DNA of 64,000 nucleotides from Cyanophora paradoxa CCMP329 (lineage: Eukaryota > Plantae > Glaucophyta). Of this stretch, positions 1 to 10,380 are shown one piece after another. Both the position numbers and the translations under genes were made by a program. Location: positions 82,064 to 146,063 of the forward strand of contig QPMI01000026.1 of NCBI GenBank assembly GCA_004431415.1, given 5' to 3'. How positions within the stretch are numbered: the stretch's first letter is position 1; each line of letters begins with the position of its first letter. The notes beneath the pieces are model-generated. The model was not told the origin of the DNA. It searched no databases and worked only from the letters and a program-made list of their open reading frames with translations.

Positions 1-194
1 AAGGTCGGAAGACGGCCGGGCTCACAGAAACGTGGGCGGCTGGAAGCTACAGGTCGCAGAACGATAATGCACAATGAAGCAGGGAGCGGCCCCGCGGGAA
101 TCCGCTTCGGGGGCCGGCTCCCATTCCTATAAAGAATGCGAAGATCTAATCTTATGCGGGAACGGGATTGAAGGCAGGGCGCCCGCGCCGCCGC

Positions 195-789
195 TCAGAA
201 GCCCGCGGCGGACGTCTCGCGGCGGATGCGGCGGGCGAGGTGGATGTCCTTGGGCATGATCGTCACGCGGCCCGCGTGGATCGCGCAGAGGTTCGCGTCC
301 TCGAAGAGGCCGATCAGGAAGGCCTCCGCAGCCTCCTGCGCGCGCAGGCGGATCAGAGCGGGATGGAAGCGTATCGCGCGGGTGGACTTTTACCTGGAGC
401 GCGTCCACGGCGGCGCTCATCCACCGCATGTCTTTCTGGCCGGAAACGACCTCAAGCGAAATGCTCGCGACGAGTCTCTTGAAGGGCGCCCGGCGGATGA
501 GACGTTTGGTTGACTTCTGGTACTTTCTTATCTGCGGGCACATCAGCGTTATGATTGAGCGCGCGACGCGAGCCTTGAGAAGGCCGGCGGACCTCCTTCA
601 GCGCGAGCTCCCCGGGCCGGAGACGACGCGGCGGCTTTTTGACCCCCGCCGAAGTTGGGGATGCAGAAGCCTGTTGGGACCCACCCGAGCTGGCAGTCTG
701 CACGCGGAAATGAGCACACGCGACATCGGGGCGAAGCGAAGGCTCACTTTGATCTGCCGGTGCTTGGGGGCCTGCTTGACCCGCGCCAT
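195..789 (-). CDS. CENH3: Centromeric histone H3 variant (CENH3/CENP-A), 4 exons
   Basis: Spliced protein [123 protein letters not shown]. Histone fold with CENH3 diagnostics: Q68>K, F84>W, T107>A, loop 1 about 3 aa longer, divergent tail. Confidence 0.88.
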
Positions 790-1046
790 TTACTCAAGCA
801 ACCTCTGGCTCGCTTGCTGGCGCTCGGTGGGAGCGACTCGACCACGCGAATGCTCGAGGATGAGCGCCCGGTCGAGGCGGAGAAAGTCGTTGAAGAAGTG
901 AACAATGCCAATGCCGATGTGGGGTCCGCCAAAATTGCGCGGTTGAGCAGTCAGGAGTCAGGCTGACCGACCTTCAGGCTGACTGTCAGGGGATCCCGGG
1001 GGTACAGATCGCTCGTCTGCCAACCCGTCACTCGTTCGTCGCAAGG

Positions 1047-2771
1047 ATGTCCGCCTTCGTCGCCGCTCTCCCCACCGTGTCCCGCGCCCAGGCCGGCGTC
1101 GTTGGCCACGTCTCCCGGATCGCCTCGGCATCGGCATCGAAGACAGCGGCTCGGGCGCAGTCCATCCGCAGCACGTTCACGGCGACCCCCGTCCGCCCGG
1201 CGGTCTCGTTCTTCGCGACCCGCTCCCTGAAGGTCAAGACTGTCCCCGTCGCCCACAAGGCCGCTTTCACCACCCGCGCGGAGGCCGGCAAGATAGGCTC
1301 CGCCCGCGCGTCCCACGTGAGCGAGGATCGCATGCGCTCGCTGCGTCCGCCCCGGGATCTGATCGGGGCCGCCAGATCCTCGTCGACGACGAGAAGTTCG
1401 CGGATGAGGTGCGGGGACCCCGCCGCGGTCAGCGGCGCCCATTTGACGCGTTGTCCGCAGCTTCTGGCGAAGGTACGCGGTGCGGCGGGTCTTAGCTTTC
1501 GAAAGGGCCGCAAGATCGAACTTCCGGGCTCCGGGCCTCCGATCCGGTCCCCGAATCGCCTCCCGCCGCGCAGGTCAACGGCGGCGCCAACTTCGCCGAC
1601 CTCGCCAAGGTGCGGAAACTGCAATCCCGGGCTTTTCGCCCCGTCCCTATCATTTCGACTGATTGACTGTCGCTCAGGAGCACAGCAAGGTGGGCGGGGC
1701 CGTGCTTGCCGTTCCTTCTCGCGCCCTCCCTCCTCGCTGACCGTCTCGCTCCTTGAAGTGCCCGTCCGGCAAGCAGCAGGGCGGCGGTCCGTACCCCGGG
1801 CCCGCCCGGCCGCGGCCGCCGCTCGCCGGAGCCCGCTGACGTCACGCCGCGCGCTGGCTGCAGACCTCAGCTGGTTCGGCCCGAACATGATGGTCAAGGA
1901 GTTCGAGGACGTGCGTATACGTACCCCTCCCCGCGCCGCCGCCCCCGGGTACCGGCTCATCCCCTCCGCAGGTCTCCTTCGAGCCGAGCAACATGGGCAA
2001 GACCGTCAAGGTCAAGACCCAGTTCGGCTGGTGTGGTATCCCCCTTCGTCTTCTCCCCCCTCTAGTTTCAACGCCGCTGCAGGCACCTGGTGCAGGTTAC
2101 CGGCCAGCGCCCGGTACGCCCCGCGGTCCCCTGCGCCTCCACTCCAGCTTGCTCCGGTTCTTAAGCTTACGTCCTGTTCTTGTGCAGGCCCCGGGCAAGG
2201 TCGAGGTTGAGGAGCTCGCCAAGATCATGAAGGAGCGCAAGGACGAGGTCCAGCTTATCGGTACCCCCTCCCGGCTCAACCCCCCCCACCCTCTGGCTTA
2301 CCCGGGGGGGGGGGGTAGACGTGCGCGAGGACGACGAGCTCGCGATCGCGTCGGTCCCCGGCTTCATGCCGTTCCCCCTTACCCAGGCCCAGTCCTGGGC
2401 CCCCGCCCTCCAGGTACCTTCTACCCCCCCCCTTCTTTCCCCCCCCCCCCAACTCAACCGTACCCAGGCGGGCGAGCGGCTCGACAAGACGAAGGAGACC
2501 GTGCGGCCGTACCCCTGCCCCTCCCCCGCCCCTTTCCCCTGACTCTTTCTCCTGCGCCGCAGTACGTGATGTGCCACAAGGGCATGCGGAGCGCGCAGAT
2601 GTGCAACTTCCTCGCCCAGATCGGCTTCGAGAAGGTGCCTGGCTGGCATCCAGCGAGCCTTCTTGAGCCCTGAGCTCGTTGTAACCGCCTGGCCGGCGCC
2701 AGGTCTACAACGTGACGGGCGGCATCGACGCGTACAGCAAGAAGGTCGACTCCAGCGTCCCCACCTACTAG
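1047..2771 (+). CDS. Plastid-targeted parvulin (PpiC) + rhodanese protein (plant STR12-like), many short exons
   Basis: Ser/Thr/Ala/Arg-rich transit peptide (MSAFVAALPTVSR...). Parvulin motifs ARASHILV..FADLAKEHSKCPSG..GGDLSWF..MVKEFED..VKTQFGWHLV; rhodanese motifs LIDVREDDE..YVMCHKGMRS..VYNVTGGIDAYS. TAG at 2769-2771. Confidence 0.88.
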
Positions 2772-3008
2772 CCGGCCCGGCCGTCTCTCGGCTCGAGCTT
2801 ATCGTTCCGTCCCCTGCATTTGCATGCACTTGAATGCGAGGGACGGATTGCCCCTGCAGCTGATCATGAGCGCCTGCTTGCTTGCTCCACTCTAGCTCGG
2901 GGGCCGGGCTGGCACGAGCGCACGTGGGACCGGCAGATCCGGATCCAAGCAGAGCCTAATTACTTATAATAAAGCTCCTCTACGCTATCTATCTAATCTG
3001 GATCGAAT

Positions 3009-4092
3009 CTAGAGGCGGGCGCGGGCGAACTTGGGGGCGCGCGTCTCCAGGGCCGCCGAGACGGCCTCCTCCAGGTCGGTGGAGGCGAGGAGGGCGCCGG
3101 CGTTGTACGCGGCGACGTAGCGGAGGCCGCCCTCCACCGAAAGGTTGGAGGCGAGCTGGGCGTTCAGGACGTGCTTCGTGCCGCGGACGGCGAGCGGGCT
3201 CTTGGCGGCGATCGCGCGCGCGGCCTTCAGGCCGTGCTCGCGGAGGGCCTCGGGGCTCTCCAGGACGGCGGCGACGAGGCCGGCCCGGAGCGCCTCGTCG
3301 GCGGGGACGGAGCGGCCCGTGAGGGCCATCTCTCGCGTGCGGGACTCGCCTGGCGCGGAGGTAAGCGATGGAAAGTGCGGAAGGAGAGTTGCAAAGCTAC
3401 CGATGAGGCGCGGGAGGCGCTGGAGGGACCCCAGATCCGCCGTGATCCCCAGGTCGACCTCCTTCACCGCGAAGCTCGCGTCCTTCGTGCAGTAGCGGAT
3501 GTCCGCCGCGGCGATCAAATCCACGCCGCCGCCGACGCAGGGGCCGTGCACGCAGGCCACGACGGGCACGGGGCAGGCCTCCAGCGCCGAGAACGCCTCC
3601 TGGAGGGAGAGGATGAAGCGGCGGAAGGACTCCCGCCTCCGCGCCTCGCACGCGATCGGCTGCAGCTCGCGCGACATCTGCGCGGGCGGCGGCGGCGGGC
3701 GCGGGGCACGTAAGCGGCGGCGGCGGAGGGCCCCGCGCGCGAAACGGATCAAATCGCATCGCACGTGGTCGAAGAAGCCGACGAGATCGATTCCCGCGCA
3801 GAAGGTGCGGCCCGCCTGCGTCAGGAGGACAACCCGAGTCTCCTTCCCATCCGCCTCAAGCTGCTCGGGCGCGAAAACGCGCCGGAACTCCGCAAAGCTC
3901 GCCACGGTCAGCGCGTTCGCCTGCGCGGCCCCGCATCGGCCCGCGCTTTCGGAGAAAGCAGCGATAGCTGAATTTCCGCACCTTCTCTGGCCTCGAGAGC
4001 TGCACCTCCAGGACGCCCTCCGCCGGCCTCGACACGCGCAGAAAGCCGCCGCCGCCGCCGCCGCCGCCGCCGCTGCTGCTCGCAGTCTGCAT
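3009..4092 (-). CDS. Peroxisomal delta(3,5)-delta(2,4)-dienoyl-CoA isomerase (crotonase family, ECH1/DCI1-like)
   Basis: FCAGIDL, PVVACVHGPCVGGGVDLIAAADIRYCTKDASFAVKEVDLGITADLGSLQRLPRLIG; C-terminal PTS1 -ARL. Confidence 0.9.
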
Positions 4093-4672
4093 TTCAGTCC
4101 TCGTGCTCCTCCGGTTCCGAGCGGATCTGCGAAAAGGACTAAGCGTCGCTCAGCGCAGCGGGCCGGCTTGCACTGCACCGCCAAAGTCGAGAGCCCAATC
4201 ACGGCGCGCGCCACTGCGAGGGCGCAATCAGAGGCAATTACGAGGGACCGCGAGCAGGGCAGCTGCGCCCGTCTACCGCCGCCGCGCGGCGGGCATTCTT
4301 TGACAGCTCCCGGGCGGCGGGCCTGCCCGGGCGGGCGGCGTTCGGGCCGGGCAGGGCCGCACCGCAGTGCAGGCAGGCGTAGGAAGCGAGCAGCTGCACG
4401 CCGAAGAACGCGTGGAAGCCGACCTCGGTGTCGTGGCCAATCCAGCCGGCGTGCCGCAGCAGCTTCGACAATATGAACATATGCAGTCAACGCCGCAAGC
4501 GCAAGTAGCTGCTTGCGCTGCGCTCTGCGGCTCTTGCTCCGGCTGTTCGCACGCCGTACCCAGTGTCAGGAGGGGGGAAGCCGGTCAGGGGGGGCGATCC
4601 GTAGGGGCATACAGGACGTGCGCTCTCGATCCCGCCGACCCGCTTTCCTGGCTGACGGGGGCCTTGCAGACA

Positions 4673-5475
4673 ATGACGGAGAGCGTGCAGACCTTCGGCA
4701 AGAAGGTCCGTATCCGTGCCGGGCGAATCGGGGCAGCAGGTGGACCGTGGCTGATCGCGTGTCGGCCGCGGCGCACAGAAAACCGCTATCGCGGTGGCCT
4801 ACGCCAAGAAGGGCAAGGGCCTCATCAAGGTCAATGGCAGCCCGGTGGAGCTCGTCCAGCCGGAGACCCTCCGCTTCAAGGTCTTCGAGCCGATCCTCCT
4901 CCTCGGCCGCCAGCGGTTCGCGAACATCGACATCCGCATCCGCGTGACGGGCGGTGGTTTCACTGCTCAGATCTACGGTGCGCACGCGCAGCCAGCCCTC
5001 TAGCTTTCGGGATGTTCTCGCTAACGCAGGCCGCGGCCCTGTGCAGCTGTCCGCCAGGCGCTCGCCAAGGCGATCGTCGCCTACTACCAGAAGTGTAAGC
5101 TCCGCGCTCTGGACGCGTAGCGGGCCCAGCGGCTAGCGGGACGAGATCGACGAGCGCCAGGGATGGCTAAAGTTTGAGATCACGCTACTCTAATGCGTGA
5201 CAATCTTCGCGCTGAGGTTTCTCTATCTCTTCCGTGGACGCCCGCCGCCCCCCGCACACCGCACTCTAGCTCCGTCGCTGCGCCATCGTCCGCCTCGCTG
5301 ACCTCCGGCATCCACCTGGGGCACCGCAGACGTCGACGAGACGTCGAAGAAGGAGATCAAGGACATCCTCCTGGCGTACGACCGCTCTCTCCTCGTCGCG
5401 GACCCCCGCCGCTGCGAGCCGAAGAAGTTCGGTGGCCGTGGTGCTCGCGCCCGGTTCCAGAAGTCGTACCGTTAA
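4673..5475 (+). CDS. RPS16: 40S ribosomal protein S16 (uS9), 4 coding exons
   Basis: [31 protein letters not shown]...[74 protein letters not shown]. Confidence 0.98.
5156..5218 (+). ncRNA. Candidate intronic box C/D snoRNA in RPS16 intron (5095-5329)
   Basis: Intron is about 3x longer than its neighbours. Degenerate C box GGGATGG, D box CTGA at 5212-5215, short terminal stem. TAAAGTTTGAGA (5168-5179) is antisense to the conserved LSU rRNA motif UCUCAAACUUUA. Confidence 0.35.
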
Positions 5476-5784
5476 GCAGCAGCTCTTTCGCGGGCTCCTC
5501 TCTCGCGCGAGGAGTCAGCGACGAGCTGCGGGGCGGGGATTCTGTCGGCGGCCACGCCGAATCCCGCCCCGACGGCCAGCGATCTTTCTGCGCCCTCGAA
5601 TGCCGTTCACGCTTTCCGATCCGTGTCTACGTAGGGGTTGTGTCTGTCCCTCTCGAATCATCAGATGCCCCGTCTTCCGTCTCCTTGACGCGCCCGGCAG
5701 CCGCCAGACTAACCGCCCCGCCCTCCCCGCCCGGCCGCTTTCCCCTCTTCCCTTCCCCGCCGGTTTTCCTTTGCGACAAGCCTC

Positions 5785-5910
5785 CGTCCCTTTCGGTACT
5801 CCGCCTTTATGCGTGGCGATGTACCTAGAAGAGTGGGGCGAGACGAAGCGGAGGACAGGCGGAGCCCAGGACCGTCCATGAGCGGGCTCCTTTGTTTCCT
5901 CTATACATTC
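5785..5910 (+). ncRNA. Box H/ACA snoRNA, copy 1
   Basis: Hairpin (GGTAC/GTACC upper stem), H box AGACGA at 5841-5846, second hairpin (GGAGCCC/GGGCTCC), ACA at 5905-5907. Stem-to-box spacings are 15 and 14 nt (canonical). Confidence 0.8.
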
Positions 5911-6185
5911 CATGATCATGATTTCCATCTCTTTCGACTCTAAGCCACTCCTTTTCGCGTCCATATGCCTCGCTCTGGTGTCCGGACTGCGGCCGCGCGC
6001 CGCATTGATCGGGACCCGCTGCAGGCGCCATATTTATGCCTGCGGCCGGATGACCTTCGCTAAGATCTATAAAGCTTTTCAGTCGATGCTCCATCGACAT
6101 CGCTCTTCTTATCTCCCCTTTCTATTTAGATCATCCTCTGCGCCTCTTTGACTTCCCTGATGTTTGAGAGCCGTTTGCGAGCCCC

Positions 6186-6311
6186 CGTCCCTTTCGGTAC
6201 TCCGCCTTTATGCGTGGCGATGTACCTAGAAGAGTGGGGCGAGACGAAGCGGAGGACAGGCGGAGCCCAGGACCGTCCATGAGCGGGCTCCTTTGTTTCC
6301 TCTATACATCT
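6186..6311 (+). ncRNA. Box H/ACA snoRNA, copy 2 (identical to copy 1)
   Basis: 125-bp exact repeat of 5784-5908. Identity starts at the hairpin base and ends just after ACA (6306-6308). Confidence 0.8.
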
Positions 6312-6652
6312 TCAAATTCGAATTCGAGCCGCCCATCCCTTCCCTTTCGAATTCATGTCCTTCGGCCGCCGGTCTAGCCGTATGCCTCGCCTCACAAGGG
6401 TCCCGCCGGCCCTGCGGAGCACCGGCGCGGGTGTGTCTGCTTGAAGCTTGCAACGAGGGTTCGGATCCGGGGCGACCGATATCGCCATCCCTCGCCCCTT
6501 GGCGCCGCGACGGTTAAGCATGGGGCGCCCCGCCGCCTGTGATCGCATGTCAGCTTTTCTCAGCTGCAGATTTAGATCTAGACGTTGGCACCGAGCTCGG
6601 GGCTGTGAGCGAGAGAGCATACGAGTGCGCGTCGTCGGCAAATGCGGGTTCG

Positions 6653-8100
6653 ATGGGCGGGCAGCACAGCACAGGCCGGGCAGGCACATACGTACGCGAT
6701 CCGCATATAGCTGCCGCTGGGAGCTTCAAGCCTCCTCTTGGGGCCGAGGCGATCATCCTTGAAGAGGAGTTGGAGCTGGACGCGAAGAAGCAAGCGGCAG
6801 ATTTAGACGGCAGGCAGCGCGATTGGCATGCGTGCGTGCAGGTCACTGATACCGCTGAAGAGGTCAGTACTACTTTTGCTATTGATCGGCTCCGGTTCTG
6901 GGCCATGCTCACCTCTGTGCATCACGTGAATACGTGCGGCCCTCGCGCAGCAGAGCGGGAGGGGCGACTCTCTTCAGAATGCGCTGGCTGCGGCCAGCAG
7001 CGGGGAGCTGGGCTGGCTGCATTTGGTCCGCGGCGACTGCGAGTCCGCCCTTCCTCTGCTGGAGGTGCGCATGCGCGCGCCAAGGCGCCCTCGCCATCCA
7101 AGCGCATCAAGCGCCCACTGCATCGCTGCGATTTCGAGCTCCGCTCGTGCAGCGGGCCCTTTCGCTGGCGACGATCGCAGAGTCCATGGGCCCGACGCAT
7201 AAGTTCACGGGCGAAATGCTGTTCGGCATCGCCCGCGCCAGGCACGCGCTTGGCGAGCGCCCGGCCGCCCTCCTCATGTACGAGGTGCATGCGCCCCTGC
7301 GCTCGTTCCGCCCGAACGAAGCACTGCGGCACGCTCAGCGCGCTCCTCCTCAGCGCGCGCTGGAGATCAAGCGCGCCAACTCGCGGCGGCGGCACGGGGA
7401 CGACCCGGGTACCCGCCCCGCGTTCTTCTCCACCGCCCGCGCACCCTGAAGCGCAAGCACCGACCCCGCAGAGGTCGCGACGGTGCTGCTGTGGCTCGGC
7501 AAGCTTCACACGGAGGCGGGCAGGCTCGACAAGGCAAAGCCGCTCCTGGAGGCGCGCGCGGCCCGCCATGGCCACCCCTGACCTGAACTGAGCTGACCGG
7601 CCCGCAGCGCTCCCTTTCGATCCGAGTCAAGCCGTGGGCGGGGCACGGCGGCCCCGGGCACACGCAGGCGCCTTTCCTAAGCTCTGATCGCGCGCGCGCC
7701 TCTAAGTATAGCGCAGGTCGCGGAGTGCCTGACGGCGACGGCGGCGCTGCTCCAGGCGACGGGACGCCGCATGGAGGCGGAGCGAATGCTGGAGGAGGCG
7801 TTCGGACTCCTGCAGCGGGCCGAGCGCTCGGGCTGCCTGGGTGCAGGCGGCGCCGACCCGGGGCCGGAGGTGCCGGAGACGCTCCACGCCCTCGCCGCGA
7901 TCATCGCCGAGCGGCGCCCGCACGCCGCCGCCGCCCTCTTCGAGGTGGGGGTACCCCTCCCTCAAAAATTCAAATTTTCGAAACATTTGATCCGGCAGCG
8001 GGCGCTGGGGCTGCGGCGGCGGCTGCTGGTGGCGGAACACGCGGACACGCGGCGGACGGAGGCGGCGCTTGCCGCCGCCCGCGCCCGCTGCGAGCGCTAG
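6653..8100 (+). CDS. TPR-repeat protein (kinesin-light-chain-type repeats), multi-exon, possible N-myristoylation
   Basis: Exons RALSLATIAESMGPTHKFTGEMLFGIARAR, RALEIKRAN, EVATVLLWLGKLHTEAGRLDKAKPLLE, PEVPETLHALAAIIAE, RALGLRRRLLVAEHADTRR. Putative start MGGQHS; start uncertain. Confidence 0.6.
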
Positions 8101-8364
8101 CTAGCTAGCTAGCTATAGCTAGCTAGGACCGGATGTCGACCGGACCGGACTTCTCTGAGATTTTGTAAGCTATAGCTAAGCTGAATTCTTCTTCTAGCCT
8201 TCAAATTTTCTGGAGATTCTCATGAGGCCCTGCAGCTGGCGCCGATCCGCTTTCATTCTGCCCCCAGCAGGGGCGTGTGTACAGTTCGATGTCATTCATT
8301 CAATTCTGATCAGAGATTCTTTCCGAGTGTAGCGCGGTCTATAGCTAGATGTAGACCTATACAG

Positions 8365-10194
8365 CTAGCTAGGCGTCACTTTGGCTCGATATTTTTCTAG
8401 TCGGCTCGCTCTCATTGGGTGTGTATGAATGATTAGTATACATGAGTGTGATCCCCACCGCGCTAAGCTCGTCTCCCGATCCCAGCTGGGAGGCAGATCG
8501 GTGATTATGAAAGCTGCCAGCGGGCTGGCAGGTACCAGTTCATGATCATTCGCAGCAGCGCGCTCGAACTCGGTGACGCCGAGGGCGTCTGCGGCGAACT
8601 GCGCCGAGGGCGTCGGCGGGTGGGCTCGCTGCAGCGGGCGGCGGGCGTGGCGGACCTGGCGCGTGAGCATGAGCTCGAACTCCGTGACGGCGGGGTCGGT
8701 GGGGCGGAAGCAGGGGAAGCGCTCGATGCCGAGGTAGGCGGCCAGCGCCTCGGGGGAGGGGAAGAGGAGCCACGCCGCGTCCCGCGCCCCGCCCCGCTCC
8801 GCCGTGTGCCGGTGCGAGTCGAACACCAGCAACTGCCCCGCCGCCGTTGCGAGGGGCCGGACGCGAGGCGGGGGGGCGGGCGAACCGTGCAGGGGAGGGC
8901 GGCGAGGGGCGGGGGGCGCCAGCGGCGCGGGTGGGCGCGGTACGCGTCGCGGACGGCTTGGGCGAGCTCGTGGCGGGGCGGCCCGGGCAGCGCGAGGGCG
9001 ACGAGGGTCTGGCTCGCGCACGTGACGGCGAGGCCCTCGGGCCGGCGCCGGCCCGCCTCCCACAGCTCCCGCGCCGGCCCCTCGAACGCCCGCCCGTCCG
9101 GCTGCTCGCCGGTCGGCCGGGGCAGCGGCGCGGCGGCGGGGGGCGGACCGCGAGGGCGCCGTCGACGCGGACGGCGACGCGGAGGGGGCGGAGGTCGGGC
9201 GCGGCGCCGGCGACGGCGTCGAATTCGGTGTGCTCGACGCCCGCCGGCGCCGCGCCGCCCGCCCTCGCCATGTAGTGCTCGTACAGCAGCGTCCCCTCCC
9301 GCAGCACCTGCCGCCGCCGGTCGGGCGGCGCGGCGGCGGGTGGCGCGGCGGCGGGCGCAGGGCGGACCCTGTCGACGGCCTCCGGGTCCCAGTAGGGCGC
9401 GTCGCCCCGCATCACCTGCAGCGCCGCCAGCGCCGCGATCGCCGTGCACGCGCTCCGCCCACCGACGCCCTTCGAGCCCTGGTGCTTGTTCCCAACCACG
9501 CGCGCCACTGCGGCGCGGCGCGGGCGCTCAGCGGCAGCCGGACCCGCGGCGCGCGGCTCGCCCTTTCGCCGCACGGCGCCGCGGCGCACCGTACGCTGGA
9601 TGTACTTCTGCAAAAGGAAGGACGTTCATCGCTCCGTCCGCCGTCGTGCCCATGGAAGGCTGCGCGCCGTGAGAAGTGAGAATGCGGATCCGCAGAGCGA
9701 GCGAACAGCGCAGTCCGCCGGCCGCGAACCGAGACCAGTCATCTTCAGTCTCGAAGATCATGCTGTAGTCTTCCTGCTGCACAGCAGGCACGTCTACGAG
9801 CAGCCTCCATTCCCCGCTGTCGGCATCCTTGTGCATAGGCATGTGAACGTCCTGTGTGCAAGTGTCAACTAGGGACGTGTGAAGCGGTTGAACTCACAAT
9901 CGAAGGCATGAACGCCGTAGCGCTGATCGCGCGGTCGCCCGGCAGGCGGAGCTCGGCCGTCCCAGAGCGCGACACATCGAAACTCGGAGAACCAGCGCTG
10001 CGCGCCTTCGCGAAGAAGAACTCCCGCAAAGTTCCCGCGTCGAAGCCCAAAGAGACATCCACAGGCATCGCCTGCAGGTACCCGCCGTCCGCTGCTGCTG
10101 CAGTGCTGCAGGGCGATTCTGAACTGATGGATCGGTGCGCACGGCTCCCGATTTCTGCTGGGGAACTCGGAAATTTGTGTTGCGGGAGCTTCAT
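8365..10194 (-). CDS. CBM48-like + viral-tegument-like deubiquitinase (VTD/peptidase C76-like), copy A
   Basis: VVGNKHQG..GGRSACTAIA (Cys codon 9446-9448) and QLLVFDSH (His codon 8812-8814) followed by AAWLLFPSPEALAAYL. N-terminal MPMHKDADSGEWRLLVDVP..YSMIF..W..DGAMNVL. Ends approximate. Confidence 0.7.
8591..10078 (-). repeat. Inverted duplication arm A (about 1.5 kb; partner 18927-20414)
   Basis: Near-identical reverse complement including introns; matching ORFs 9528..9842(-) and 19163..19471(+). Confidence 0.95.
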
Positions 10195-10380
10195 CGGGAA
10201 GGCATGCGCACTGCTTTAGCGGCTGGCAGCCTGCCTAGTCGAATTGATTGCCCAGTAGTCGAACTTAACGTGTACCCAAGCTCGCGCAGCCTGAGCCAGC
10301 CTCCTCCAGCCTCCAGCCTCCAGCCTCCAGCCTCCTCCTTCAAAGCCTCGCAGTCGTTAATATCGTTCATCCCTCGCCAC

